Notes: a model not told the origin generated them from the sequence alone. Shown: positions 19,109-28,832, numbered from the stretch's first letter. The stretch is DNA of 32,000 nt from Synechocystis sp. PCC 6803 substr. PCC-P (GCF_000284455.1 NC_017039.1:2190001-2222000), one strand, 5' to 3'. Translations and numbers: made by a program.

Positions 19109-20305
19109 ATGACCGTTCCTGCCCCCCACCAGAAAGCCAAAGGTCTTAAGCCCGGTAGTCCCCGCCCCGCCAAGGAACTCTGTAGTGATTGCGGTCTGTG
19201 TGACACCTACTATATCCATTACGTTAAAGAAGCCTGTGCTTTCATTAACCAGCAGTTTGACCATTTGGAGGAGCAGACCCATGGCCGGTCGAGAGAACTG
19301 GGTAAAGAAGATGAGGTTTATTTTGGTGTTCACCAAAAAATGCTCACCGCCCAGAAAAAAGAACCTATCCCCGGGGCCCAGTGGACAGGCATTGTCAGCA
19401 CCATTGGTTGTGAAATGCTAAACAAAGGCCTGGTAGAAGGGGTGGTCTGTGTGCAAAATACCCCCGAAGATCGTTTCCAGCCCCAGGTGGTAATCGCCAG
19501 AACTCCAGCCGAAGTGCTAGCCGCCAAGGTTAATAAACCCACCCTTTCCCCCAATTTATCCGTGTTAGAGGAAGTGGAGAAGTCAGGTTTGAAGCGATTA
19601 TTAGTTATTGGGGTGGGTTGCCAAATCCAAGCTCTGCGGGCGGTGGAAAAACAATTGGGTTTGGAAAAACTTTATGTGTTGGGAACGCCCTGTGTGGATA
19701 ATGTTTCCCGGGCTGGGTTACAGAAGTTTTTGGAAACTACTAGTAGATCGCCAGAAACGGTAGTTTATTACGAATTTATGCAGGATTTCCGGGTACATTT
19801 TAAACATGAAGACGGCTCGACGGAATTGGTCCCCTTCTTTGGCTTAAAAACAAATCAATTGAAGGAGGTTTTTGCCCCTTCTTGCATGAGTTGTTTTGAT
19901 TACGTCAACGGTTTGGCAGATCTGGTAGTGGGTTATATGGGGGCTCCCTTTGGCTGGCAATGGTTAGTGGTACGCAATCAAACGGGCCAAGAAATGTTAG
20001 ACCTAGTGCAAGACCAACTACATATTGGGCAAGTAAGTTCCAGTGGCGATCGCCATCAGGCAGTGCAACAGGGGATTACGGCCTACGACAAGGCGGTAAC
20101 GTTACCCATGTGGGTGGCAAAAATAATGGGCTTAGTAATTGATAAAATTGGCCCCACGGGTCTGGAATATGCTCGCTTTTCCATTGATTCCCACTTCACC
20201 CGTAACTATTTGTATGTCAAACGGAACCATCCGGAAAAGTTGGCTGACCACGTCCCTCCCTTCGCCAAGAAAATTGTTGAGCAGTATAAACTTCCCCAGC
20301 AATAA
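19109..20305 (+). CDS. bciB: FrhB-family flavo-FeS reductase, most likely ferredoxin-dependent 3,8-divinyl (proto)chlorophyllide 8-vinyl reductase
   Basis: ORF begins at TTG 19088; the ATG at 19109 is preferred. It has an N-terminal Cys cluster (CSDCGLCDTYY) and the F420-hydrogenase beta-subunit-like core (LLVIGVGCQIQALR, YVLGTPCVDN). The position matches my memory of slr1923. BciB and 7-hydroxymethyl-Chl reductase cannot be separated by eye. Confidence 0.8.
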   Translation: MTVPAPHQKAKGLKPGSPRPAKELCSDCGLCDTYYIHYVKEACAFINQQFDHLEEQTHGRSRELGKEDEVYFGVHQKMLTAQKKEPIPGAQWTGIVSTIGCEMLNKGLVEGVVCVQNTPEDRFQPQVVIARTPAEVLAAKVNKPTLSPNLSVLEEVEKSGLKRLLVIGVGCQIQALRAVEKQLGLEKLYVLGTPCVDNVSRAGLQKFLETTSRSPETVVYYEFMQDFRVHFKHEDGSTELVPFFGLKTNQLKEVFAPSCMSCFDYVNGLADLVVGYMGAPFGWQWLVVRNQTGQEMLDLVQDQLHIGQVSSSGDRHQAVQQGITAYDKAVTLPMWVAKIMGLVIDKIGPTGLEYARFSIDSHFTRNYLYVKRNHPEKLADHVPPFAKKIVEQYKLPQQ

Positions 20306-20330
20306 ACCCCAATAAAATTCAAGGAAGGCT

Positions 20331-21533
20331 ATGAAAAAATCCTTATTTATGGTCGGTACGCTAGCATTTTTTTCTGGTTTGCCCGCTGGTGGTGCCTGGG
20401 GAGAATCCCTCGATAACAAAGTGCAAACTATTTTGGACGAACATTATCAAAACCGTCGAGAGCCTGAGTTTTTTAGTGCGATTCAGTTGTCCACTAAAGT
20501 GGGGGATGGGGATATTAAAACCTACGTGGTGGGAACCAAAAGCCATGCCCCTAATAGTCCGCCCATAGATGCCAAAAGTCTGTTTCAAATTGGCAGTATA
20601 ACCAAATCTTTTACTTCAGTTTTATTGCTCCAAGCAGAGGCGGAAAATAAAGTTAATTTGGGGGATGACTTTACCACTTATCTACCGGAATATGACCACT
20701 GGAATGGAGTAACCATTACTCAACTATTGAATATGACTTCCGGGTTACCCAACTACAGTGATAGTCCCACCCTTAACTATGGCTTTGTGCAAAGCCCGGA
20801 GCGCATCTGGCAAGATAAGGAATTGGTGGATGTGGTGTATCCCCAGCCTAACTTGCCGGCTCCACCCCTAAATACTGGCTATGCCTACACTAACACTGCT
20901 TACACATTGGGGGGTCTGGTGTTAGAAAAGGTTTATGGTCAAAGTTATGCCGAATTAATTGATAAAAAACTTTTGCAACCGTTGGAACTAAACAATACTT
21001 TTTATCCCATTCCTAGTTATCCCCCGGACATTTTAGATCGCATGGTGGAAGGCAGTAGTTTTAACCCGTACACCAATCCTGAATTAGCAGGAAAACCGGT
21101 GGCTAATGGCAATCTTTCCTGGGCTGGAGCGGCTGGAGGACTGGTAGCTAACACGGAAGATATTATTAATTGGGTTAGGGCTTTGTTTGTAGAAGATCAA
21201 CTACTGTCAACGGAGCAAAAAACACAGTTAACCCGACTAGTTTCCCTCATTACTGGTAAGCTCATTGATGGTACGACTTCGGAAGAGCAGAGGGGTTTTG
21301 GTTTGGGTGTTGTCCAAGGTTACCACGAAGATTGGGGACAGTATTGGTTTTACCAGGGGGAGACCATTGGTCATCGCTCTTTTTATCTTTATTTTCCCTG
21401 TAATGAGGTAATTATTTCTGCCTTGTTTAATAGTGCAGTTGATGATCAAAATAACGATGTTAAACCCCTTCTGGTTGGTGTTTACGAAGCTCTTTTAGAC
21501 GACCAGCCAAGCTTGGCTTGCAAAACTAAATAA
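20331..21533 (+). CDS. secreted serine beta-lactamase-fold protein / low-MW penicillin-binding protein (AmpH/class C-like)
   Basis: Signal peptide MKKSLFMVGTLAFFSGLPAGGAWG, SxxK motif (GSITKSF) and YxN motif (YTNTAY). 400 aa. Confidence 0.85.
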   Translation: MKKSLFMVGTLAFFSGLPAGGAWGESLDNKVQTILDEHYQNRREPEFFSAIQLSTKVGDGDIKTYVVGTKSHAPNSPPIDAKSLFQIGSITKSFTSVLLLQAEAENKVNLGDDFTTYLPEYDHWNGVTITQLLNMTSGLPNYSDSPTLNYGFVQSPERIWQDKELVDVVYPQPNLPAPPLNTGYAYTNTAYTLGGLVLEKVYGQSYAELIDKKLLQPLELNNTFYPIPSYPPDILDRMVEGSSFNPYTNPELAGKPVANGNLSWAGAAGGLVANTEDIINWVRALFVEDQLLSTEQKTQLTRLVSLITGKLIDGTTSEEQRGFGLGVVQGYHEDWGQYWFYQGETIGHRSFYLYFPCNEVIISALFNSAVDDQNNDVKPLLVGVYEALLDDQPSLACKTK

Positions 21534-22561
21534 TGATGGCGGTAGATCCCAATCTTTTTCCTCTAATTGCTGTGATTATTCTAGGAGGATCTGCGCTGTT
21601 AGATTTTCTGTTGGGGGATCCTAAATCTTGGCGACATCCAGTGGAATTTATTGGTTCAGTCATTAACTTTGCTAGCCAGTTGATCATCCGCAAAGTTAAT
21701 GATAAAAATTCTAGACGTTTATGGGGCATTTTTTTAGGATTAAAAATCATTATCAGCAGTGGTTTTCTAGCTTGGTTAATCGTTTACTTGGCTGAAAAAG
21801 TCTCCCCTGTTTTAGCAGTAATTATCCAAATAATTGGGGTAGCAAGTTGTTTTGCTGGCCATAGTTTAGCCCAAGCGGCCCAGTCAGTGATAGAACCATT
21901 AAAAGCGGGAGATTTGCCCACTGCCCGACAAAAATTAGCCCTATTCGTGGGTAGGGATACGAATAATTTATCGGAGAGGGAAATCCTGCGGGCCACAGTG
22001 GAAAGCGTGGCGGAAAACACAGTGGATGGGGTTACTAGTCCTCTTTTTTATGCTCTTTTGGGCATTCTTTTTCCTTTTGTTGGCCCCTGGCCCCTGGCGA
22101 TCGCCTATAAAGCGGCCAGTACCCTGGATTCCATGGTGGGCTATAAACGGGAACCCTATACTGATTTAGGCTGGTTCAGTGCCCGTCTGGAGGATTATTT
22201 AACCTGGCTACCCTGTCGATTAACGGTGTTTATGTTGGCAATTTTATCGGGAAAACCAAAACAAACTTGGGCCATTGTCCGTCGGGATGGGCCCCTGGAT
22301 CCTAGTCCCAATTCCGGTTGGAGCGAAGCCATTTATGCCGCTATTTTGGGCATACAACTAGGAGGAGATAACTATTACCAGGGAGTATTGAAAAGCAAAC
22401 CTTTATTGGGAGATGGGATTCAGCCTTTAACCATAGCCAAAATTGCCCAAAGTTTATGGTATTCCCGCACGGTTTTTCTTTGGCAATTATTATTAGGCTT
22501 AACAGTAATATTAGCTATCCAAGCGGGCGCTATGTCGGAGATAAGCTTCAATAAAATCTGA
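21533..22561 (+). CDS. cbiB: adenosylcobinamide-phosphate synthase (CbiB/CobD)
   Basis: Polytopic membrane protein with CbiB motifs: [43 protein letters not shown]. Its ATG overlaps the preceding TAA (TAATG at 21531-21535). Confidence 0.88.
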   Translation: MMAVDPNLFPLIAVIILGGSALLDFLLGDPKSWRHPVEFIGSVINFASQLIIRKVNDKNSRRLWGIFLGLKIIISSGFLAWLIVYLAEKVSPVLAVIIQIIGVASCFAGHSLAQAAQSVIEPLKAGDLPTARQKLALFVGRDTNNLSEREILRATVESVAENTVDGVTSPLFYALLGILFPFVGPWPLAIAYKAASTLDSMVGYKREPYTDLGWFSARLEDYLTWLPCRLTVFMLAILSGKPKQTWAIVRRDGPLDPSPNSGWSEAIYAAILGIQLGGDNYYQGVLKSKPLLGDGIQPLTIAKIAQSLWYSRTVFLWQLLLGLTVILAIQAGAMSEISFNKI

Positions 22562-23630
22562 TAATTCCCCATCCATCACGCCCCCCACATCGGTGGTTTC
22601 CACATTAGTCCGCAAATCTTTGACCAATTGGTAAGGATGAAAAACATAGTTGCGAATTTGGGTGCCCCAGGCCGCTTCCACCATGTCCCCTCGAATTTCG
22701 GCGATCGCCTGGGCCCGTTGCTCTTCTAGGACAATTAATAACTTAGCTTTGAGAATGGCTAGGGCCTTTTCTTTATTTTGTAACTGGGAACGTTCCTGGG
22801 TGCAACGCACAGCCAAACCTGTGGGTAGATGAACAATCCGTACAGCGGTTTCCACTTTGTTCACGTTTTGCCCGCCTTTACCGCCGGCCCTGGAGGTGGA
22901 AATGTCCAAATCCTTATCCGGAATATCCAAACTAATTGCTTCTTCCCCCAGCAAAGGCATCACTTCCACCCCAGCAAAGCTAGTCTGGCGTTTACCGTTG
23001 GCATTAAAAGGAGAAATACGCACCAAACGATGGGTGCCCTTTTCCGATTTGAGGTAACCGTAGGCGTAACGCCCTTCAATCTCCAACGTGACGGATTTTA
23101 AGCCCGCTTCGTCTCCCTCGGAAATTTCCGCCAAATGGACTTTGTAGCCCTGTTTTTCGCTCCAACGGGTGTACATCCGCAGCAGCATTTCCGCCCAGTC
23201 TTGGGCATCGGTCCCTCCAGCCCCCGCATTGATAGTTAAAGTGGCCCCTTTCGCGTCATAGGGGCCAGACAGTAACTGCTGCAGTTCCCAACGGTCTAAT
23301 TCTTTTTGCAGTTGTTCCAGGGTAGTTTCCGCTTCCGTCAGTAGGGCTTGGTCGTCCTCTAACTCCAAAAGCTCCACAATGGCCTGGCTATCTTGCCACT
23401 GCTGTTGCCAAATGCCCCATTGCTCTAACTGGGATTTTGTTTCGTTCAAAGTCTGGAGAATTTGTTGGGCTTGGTCCGTATCGTCCCAAAAATCCGGTTG
23501 GGCGGCGCACTGCTCCAAGTCTTGAACTTTGGCTTTTAATCCTGGCAGGTCAAAGATAGTCCTGGGTTTGCCCCAGGCGAGAGGAGATTAGTTCTAGGTT
23601 TCTTTTCAGGTCTGTTAATTCGGTGATCAT
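22511..23630 (-). CDS. prfB: peptide chain release factor 2, requires programmed +1 frameshift at 23552
   Basis: Frame 0 from ATG 23630 encodes [26 protein letters not shown], then TGA at 23550-23552. The +1 frame continues [24 protein letters not shown]... into ORF 22511..23518. That ORF carries the SPF motif (RISPFNA) and the GGQ motif (GKGGQNVNK). Confidence 0.92.
23549..23564 (-). promoter_or_regulatory. RF2 autoregulatory +1 frameshift site
   Basis: The minus strand reads CAGGAC TAT CTT TGA C. This is identical to the E. coli UAU CUU UGA C shift site, with an internal SD-like AGGA 4 nt upstream of CUU. Confidence 0.85.
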
Positions 23631-23976
23631 TGAGCAAAAACAGTCTTTGACGCCAATCCAAGTATATGACCATTGGGCTAGCCCCGCACTGAGGGGGATT
23701 CATCAACAAAACTTATCGTGTTTGTCAAGATTTGTTAATTTTGCTTGGCTAGTCAAATTATTATCCCTATCATTTTGTAAATATGGATACAGAAATTATT
23801 CCTTTGACTTCCAAATTGCCCTGGTTGTCGTTCCTAGAGTCTTGGATTTTCTCCCGCTTTAGGGAACTTCAGTGGGGACTTGGGTAGGGAATCCCCGGAT
23901 AAGTGCTAAAGAACTGGGCAGGCTCGGGGGTGCTTTTGGGAAGAATTTCGCCGGTTAGTAAAATGGAGAGGACTTT

Positions 23977-24222
23977 ATGTCGCCACAAATGAACCTGTTT
24001 AATGCAACGGCATCGACGCCGGTCAATGAAATAGCTGGGGGTTGGCACGGTTTTTGTCAGATTACGTATAACCGAGATACTTGGGTCAAATTACTGGAGA
24101 AGCCGGGGAGCTATGCCTTCGATGAGGCTAAGTTACTTTGCCAGGATACTTCCACCACCTGGGTTGCCTGGGTGCCGGACCACGGGGAAGTTGTTTTAGA
24201 CCGCAGTGATTTTTATTGTTAA
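23977..24222 (+). CDS. hypothetical protein, 81 aa
   Basis: ATG preceded by GGAGAGG 7 nt upstream. No motif recognised. The reading frame is clean and the composition is genome-typical. Confidence 0.45.
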   Translation: MSPQMNLFNATASTPVNEIAGGWHGFCQITYNRDTWVKLLEKPGSYAFDEAKLLCQDTSTTWVAWVPDHGEVVLDRSDFYC

Positions 24223-24301
24223 ACAGTTTGGCGACCGAAGTTGGCGATCCGGGTTGATATGCTGCCCAAGCTAGAATCTTTCTGGATCGCTGAAGTTGAG
24301 A

Positions 24302-27001
24302 TTACTCGTCTAGACCGAAATCTGGGGCCAGGGGAGGGACGATCGCCTCTTCGTTGGGGGAGTCCACTGGACCGCGGAAAATAAACACAGTGGTGTTGGT
24401 TTGGCTAGCGATTTGGGTGGGTAAATTGCCGTGGATGACATTTTTGAGCAATCCTTCCCTACTGGCCCCCAGCACGATTGCCGCACATTCACGCATTTCC
24501 GCCAGGTCACTGAGGGCATCGGCAATGGAAGTGGAGCACACAGGAATGGGAATAATCGGTCTTTGTAACTGTTCTGACCACCGTTCTGCCAGGTTTTTTA
24601 AATCGTAAAAAGGGTCATAGCGCTGGGATTGACGGGGTAGATAAACTTTAGAAATCAGTAGCTGGGGGTTATTTTCCTCCGGGTAAAGGGAAAACAACGC
24701 CGGCAACAGATTTAACATTTTTTCAATGTTGGGGCCTCCCGCTACCGGCATTAACCAGTGGGCCATGGGGGATAAATAGCGGGGATAGGCGTGGTCATTG
24801 GTGCCCTGTTTAACCATTAATAAAGAGCAGGGGGCTTGGTCAATCAGGCGATCCGTGATTTGGCCAAAAATTTGGCCGCCAATGGGCATTTCCCCTTGCC
24901 ATTCAAGGATTAGCAGGTCGCTATGGCGGGTTTGAATGGTATCAAGGATGGTGTCGGTAATGCTGTAGGCCAGCTTGATTTCCGTATGGAATAACACTCT
25001 CTGGTGGCGGGCAATGCGTTCCAGTTTTTGCATCAGTTGCCGTTGCCTCTGCCATTGCACCCTTTGCACAGAAGGGGATTGAGCTTTAGATACCTTGACC
25101 ACCTGCAAACAGTCAATTTCGTAGTTTTGCTTTTTGGCGATTGCCGCCGCAATTTGAAACAAAACTAAAGCACTATCGGAGTCCCGGATGGGTAATAAAA
25201 TGCGCCCTTCTCCCACCAACGGCGATCGGGTTTGGTATACGCTGTAGGCGGGATGGGGAGGATGGATAATTTGCCCCCCTAACTGACTCACTTCCTCCCG
25301 AATAATGTCTGTGCGGGTGATAATGCCCACTAATTTGTTGTCCCCTTCCACCACCGGCAACCGGGAAAGTTGATAACGGTTGAGCAAATAGAGCACATCA
25401 CTGAGGGGCGCTTCCGGATCTACAGTGATGGGATTGGGGGTCATAATTTGCTTAAGGGCAATGTGCACCGACTCCTGGGCCGCATTGGCCAAATCCGTTT
25501 GGGTAAATACCCCCACCAGTTTGCCCCCCTGCACCACGGGAAAGCCCCGGTGATGGGAATTGGACATAATCGGTAGCACCTGGGCTAGGGTGAGACTCTG
25601 CTCCAGGCTTTCCACCTCCGTTTTCATTACCTGGCCAGCTCGGATATCAGCGAGAAAGTCATGGTCTGGCTTTTCCTCTGCCAAAAAAATGCCCTTGGTT
25701 TCCAGCAAATGATCGTACAAAGAACGGGGAAAGAGACTTTCCGCCACTAGATAGGACGTGGCACAGGCCACCATCAGGGGAAGCACCACGTTGAAATTGC
25801 CCGTTAGCTCAAAAACAATGATGATCGCCGTCACTGGCACCCGCACCACACTAGTGAAAAAAGCGCCCATCCCCGCCAGGGCAAAGGTAGTTTGGGTAAC
25901 TTGATCTTGCCAATAACTGCCAAATTCCCCCACCAGATAACCCAGGGCCGACCCCATCACTAAAGCCGGCGCAAATAATCCTCCCGGCGCATCGGTGCTG
26001 TAGGCCAGGATAGTCAAAATGAAATGGGCCACTAAGGTCAAAACTACCTGATGCCAACTCAGTTCTCCGGAAGTAACAAATTCCCTCAGCCCTGCATTGT
26101 CCCGAAAAAAGCTCGGCAATAGGGCGATCGCCACGCCGGAAATTAAGCCCACAACACCAATGCGAATAACCAGGGAAAGGTTCTGTTTTCTTTGCCAGTT
26201 TTGCAGGGAGAGAATACTGCGGTTGAGCAAAACCCCCAAAATGCCAGCCAAAATTCCCAGTAAAAGATAGAAAGGAATCTCCCCCGTAGTAAAACGCACC
26301 GTTGGGCTATTGCTTAAGCTATGGGCCAGGTTAAGGTCACTGGATTGGAATACCAAAGACGTGACAGCCCCCACGAAGGAAGCGACGATCGCCGTTTCTA
26401 GGGTCAAGCTAGACACATCCCGCATTAATTCTTCCACCACAAACAAAACCCCAGCAATGGGGGTGGTGAAGCCCGCCGCTAATCCCGCCGCCGCCCCGGC
26501 CGCAATCATTTGCCGCCGATGTTCCGGGGAAGTGGGAAACCACCGACTCAACTGGGCCGCTAGAGCTGCGCCAATATGAACCGTGGGAGCCCGCCGTCCC
26601 AAGGTCATGCCTCCCCCCAGCACTAGCACTGTTCCCAACAGCTTGACCACCGCCACCCGCCAATCTAGGGGAATAGGATACCGAGCCAGGGCCGCTTTCA
26701 CCTGGGGAATGCCACCGCCCCCCGCCGGTCGGGAAAATTGTTCAATTAATGCCCCCGCCAAACCCCCAAACACCAAGCCAAAACAGGGCAGCACCCAAAT
26801 GGCCCCATAGGTATCCGCCAGACTCAAACGGCTGGACCCTAACCAGTTGACTCCGTTTTTAATTACTAAGGCCGCTAGGGCAGAAACAAATCCGATCACA
26901 CAGGCTTCGGCGATCGCATAACGGCTATCGATGGCAGTGCGGCCATAGTGTCGAGAGCGCAACCATTGTTGCCACCGTTGCCAAAAGGGAAACCAAGCCA
27001 T
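24302..27001 (-). CDS. CLC-family anion channel/transporter homologue fused to tandem CBS and tandem USP domains, 899 aa
   Basis: The CLC membrane core spans residues ~20-440, with [22 protein letters not shown] and FVVEELM. Two CBS domains follow (HRGFPVV...VGVFTQTDL; LSRLPVV...VGIITRTDI). Then come two universal-stress-protein-like alpha/beta domains ([10 protein letters not shown]...LLILEW; [10 protein letters not shown]...[12 protein letters not shown]). Confidence 0.9.
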   Translation of the reverse strand: MAWFPFWQRWQQWLRSRHYGRTAIDSRYAIAEACVIGFVSALAALVIKNGVNWLGSSRLSLADTYGAIWVLPCFGLVFGGLAGALIEQFSRPAGGGGIPQVKAALARYPIPLDWRVAVVKLLGTVLVLGGGMTLGRRAPTVHIGAALAAQLSRWFPTSPEHRRQMIAAGAAAGLAAGFTTPIAGVLFVVEELMRDVSSLTLETAIVASFVGAVTSLVFQSSDLNLAHSLSNSPTVRFTTGEIPFYLLLGILAGILGVLLNRSILSLQNWQRKQNLSLVIRIGVVGLISGVAIALLPSFFRDNAGLREFVTSGELSWHQVVLTLVAHFILTILAYSTDAPGGLFAPALVMGSALGYLVGEFGSYWQDQVTQTTFALAGMGAFFTSVVRVPVTAIIIVFELTGNFNVVLPLMVACATSYLVAESLFPRSLYDHLLETKGIFLAEEKPDHDFLADIRAGQVMKTEVESLEQSLTLAQVLPIMSNSHHRGFPVVQGGKLVGVFTQTDLANAAQESVHIALKQIMTPNPITVDPEAPLSDVLYLLNRYQLSRLPVVEGDNKLVGIITRTDIIREEVSQLGGQIIHPPHPAYSVYQTRSPLVGEGRILLPIRDSDSALVLFQIAAAIAKKQNYEIDCLQVVKVSKAQSPSVQRVQWQRQRQLMQKLERIARHQRVLFHTEIKLAYSITDTILDTIQTRHSDLLILEWQGEMPIGGQIFGQITDRLIDQAPCSLLMVKQGTNDHAYPRYLSPMAHWLMPVAGGPNIEKMLNLLPALFSLYPEENNPQLLISKVYLPRQSQRYDPFYDLKNLAERWSEQLQRPIIPIPVCSTSIADALSDLAEMRECAAIVLGASREGLLKNVIHGNLPTQIASQTNTTVFIFRGPVDSPNEEAIVPPLAPDFGLDE

Positions 27002-27115
27002 GGAGAGAAGAGAATTACTAAAACAGGTTTAGGGCAAATTTGGGGATTGCGTCGCCATCCGGCAATCAGTTTGTTACAATGGCAGCGGTCACCACAGCCT
27101 TTGAAGAGAGCGTCT

Positions 27116-27619
27116 TTGAGCCAAGTTGTTAATATCCCTACCCTAGATACCTTAGCGCAGGAACTGGCCGCTATTCAGCAAACTGGTTCTAAACGTATTG
27201 CCCTGCTAGGATCTCGCCATGTGCCGATAACCCACCAACAGTTGATCGAAATGATGAGCTACGCCTTGGTGTTGGGGGGTAACCATCTGGTCACTTCCGG
27301 CGCTACGGGCACTAATTCGGCCGTCATTAAGGGGGCTATGCGGGCCGATCCTAATTTACTCACGGTAATTTTGCCCCAAAGTTTAGACCGCCAGCCAAGA
27401 GAATCCCGTAATCAGTTGGGACAGGTAGTCCATCTGGTGGAAAATACTGAAAATGATAGTCTTTCCCTGGGGGAAGCCAGCACCATTTGTAACCGAGAAA
27501 TTGTCAGTCGTTGTCAACAGTTGATTTGCTTTGCATTCCACGAAAGTCATACCCTTTTGCAAACCTGTGCGGAAGCAGAGGAGCAAAGAAAACTGGTCAC
27601 CCTTTTCTATTTTGATTAA
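27116..27619 (+). CDS. stand-alone DprA/Smf-like (SLOG superfamily) Rossmann-fold protein; start uncertain
   Basis: RIALLGSRHVP...LVTSGATGTNSAVIKGAMRA...TVILPQSLD...CNREIVSRCQQLICFAF aligns by eye with the DprA core (IAIVGSR...IVSGLAxGIDxxAHxGAL...AVLGxGLD...RNRIIAGL). There is no in-frame ATG before the domain. Candidate starts are TTG 27071, 27101, 27116 or GTG 26948. Confidence 0.65.
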   Translation: MSQVVNIPTLDTLAQELAAIQQTGSKRIALLGSRHVPITHQQLIEMMSYALVLGGNHLVTSGATGTNSAVIKGAMRADPNLLTVILPQSLDRQPRESRNQLGQVVHLVENTENDSLSLGEASTICNREIVSRCQQLICFAFHESHTLLQTCAEAEEQRKLVTLFYFD

Positions 27620-28787
27620 TTCTAGGGATTTAAATTTTGCTGATTGGCTAGAGCGGCGTTGGGTGACTCCTTCCTATGCTGGTTGGTTGCTTTTGGTGCT
27701 GGCCGTTTGTTTATTTGGAGCTGCCACTAACTCCATGGCCGGCTGGTTATACGTCATCAGCGGCATCAGCTTTGCCCTCTTGATTATTGCGGCTATTTTG
27801 CCTTGGCGATCGCTCCGGCAGTTGCAGTTAGAACGTTTTCCCATTCAGCCGGTGAGTGCGGGGGAAGATTTGACCATTACCCTCCGACTCCATAACAACC
27901 ATAAGGAGGCAAAAAATTTACTCCAGGTGTGGGATGTATTACCCACAGGTTTGGGACGGCCCCAAGGTGAGGCGGTCGAACTGGTTGCCCCCAAGGATTT
28001 TTACCAATGGAGTTATTTCCAGCCCACCCACCGGAGGGGAGTTTACCACTGGCAAAAGTTGGAATTACGCTCCGGTGCCCCCCTGGGTTTGTTTTGGTGT
28101 CGTCGCAGTCAGGCTCTCCCCGTGAAAGCCATTGTTTATCCCCAGGTGCTCAAGCTCCAACAATGTCCTTTGGTGGATGCTATTGGTACGGAGGATCAGG
28201 ACAAGATCCAGAGCGATCGCCATTATCAGGCGGCGACGGAGGGCATAACGAAAACTTTACGGGCTTACCGTTTTGGTGATCCCACCAGGTTAATCCACTG
28301 GCGCAGTAGTGCCCGATTTGACCAATTTATGGTGCGGGAATTGGAAGTGGTGACAGGGGGTCAGGAGTTATTCATTGCCCTTGATAGTGCTAGTTCTTGG
28401 TCAGCAGAAATTTTTGAAGAGGCAGTCATTGCGGCGGCTTCTTTATATTTCTATGCGGTGCGGGCCCAGTTGAATGTGCGGCTATGGACAGCGGGGGCAG
28501 GCTTAGTGGCCGGTGGGCGATCGGTATTGGAAGCTTTAGCAGCGGTGCAAATGGAGGAATCTAACCAGCATGAACTACCCCGACGTATTCCTTTGCTGTG
28601 GATCACCGGCCGGGCTGACAGTGTGCAGGATTTGGCCAGTTACAGTCGTTGGCTCTATTTTGCTCCACCGGGGGCATCAGCTTCCCCTCACTCTGCCCTT
28701 TGTGCTGGCTTGATGGTTGAGGTAGGTAAAGATTTGTCCCAACAACTGCAGCGGCCTCCGAATTTTTCCCCAAGGATAGTTAGTTAG
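27612..28787 (+). CDS. DUF58-family membrane protein (vWA-like fold); start uncertain
   Basis: It has two N-terminal TM helices (WLLLVLAVCLFGAA, WLYVISGISFALLIIAAILPW). The DUF58 signature LRAYRFGDPTRLIHWRSSARFDQFMVRELE is present. The TTG at 27612 overlaps the upstream stop (TTGATTAA). The alternative start is GTG 27663. Confidence 0.72.
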   Translation: MINSRDLNFADWLERRWVTPSYAGWLLLVLAVCLFGAATNSMAGWLYVISGISFALLIIAAILPWRSLRQLQLERFPIQPVSAGEDLTITLRLHNNHKEAKNLLQVWDVLPTGLGRPQGEAVELVAPKDFYQWSYFQPTHRRGVYHWQKLELRSGAPLGLFWCRRSQALPVKAIVYPQVLKLQQCPLVDAIGTEDQDKIQSDRHYQAATEGITKTLRAYRFGDPTRLIHWRSSARFDQFMVRELEVVTGGQELFIALDSASSWSAEIFEEAVIAAASLYFYAVRAQLNVRLWTAGAGLVAGGRSVLEALAAVQMEESNQHELPRRIPLLWITGRADSVQDLASYSRWLYFAPPGASASPHSALCAGLMVEVGKDLSQQLQRPPNFSPRIVS

Positions 28788-28816
28788 ACATTAAAACAAT
28801 ACGTGTTTATGCTGAA

Positions 28817-28832
28817 TGTGTCCTGGGTCACT
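28817..28832 (+). promoter_or_regulatory. candidate CRP-family (SyCRP-type) binding site upstream of the pilin operon
   Basis: TGTGT-CCTGGG-TCACT matches 8/10 of the TGTGA-N6-TCACA consensus. It is centred ~30 nt upstream of a TAATAT -10-like hexamer (28854-28859), which is class II geometry if the TSS is near 28866. Confidence 0.3.

Noticed and set aside
23623-23887. 79-aa plus-strand ORF (23623-23862) and a 34-aa ORF (23783-23887, MDTEIIPLTSKLPWLSFLESWIFSRFRELQWGLG) in the prfB upstream spacer.
   Set aside because: The 79-aa ORF starts inside the prfB start codon region and is Leu/Phe/Val-rich noise from AT-rich DNA. The 34-aa ORF has no SD and no resemblance to known small photosynthetic or stress peptides. 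Neither can be supported without ribosome profiling.
24244-24290. 7-bp inverted repeat GCGATCC...GGATCGC between the convergent 81-aa ORF and the CLC gene, as a bidirectional terminator.
   Set aside because: The loop is 33 nt with no supporting internal pairing and no flanking T/A runs. It looks like two degenerate HIP1 copies.
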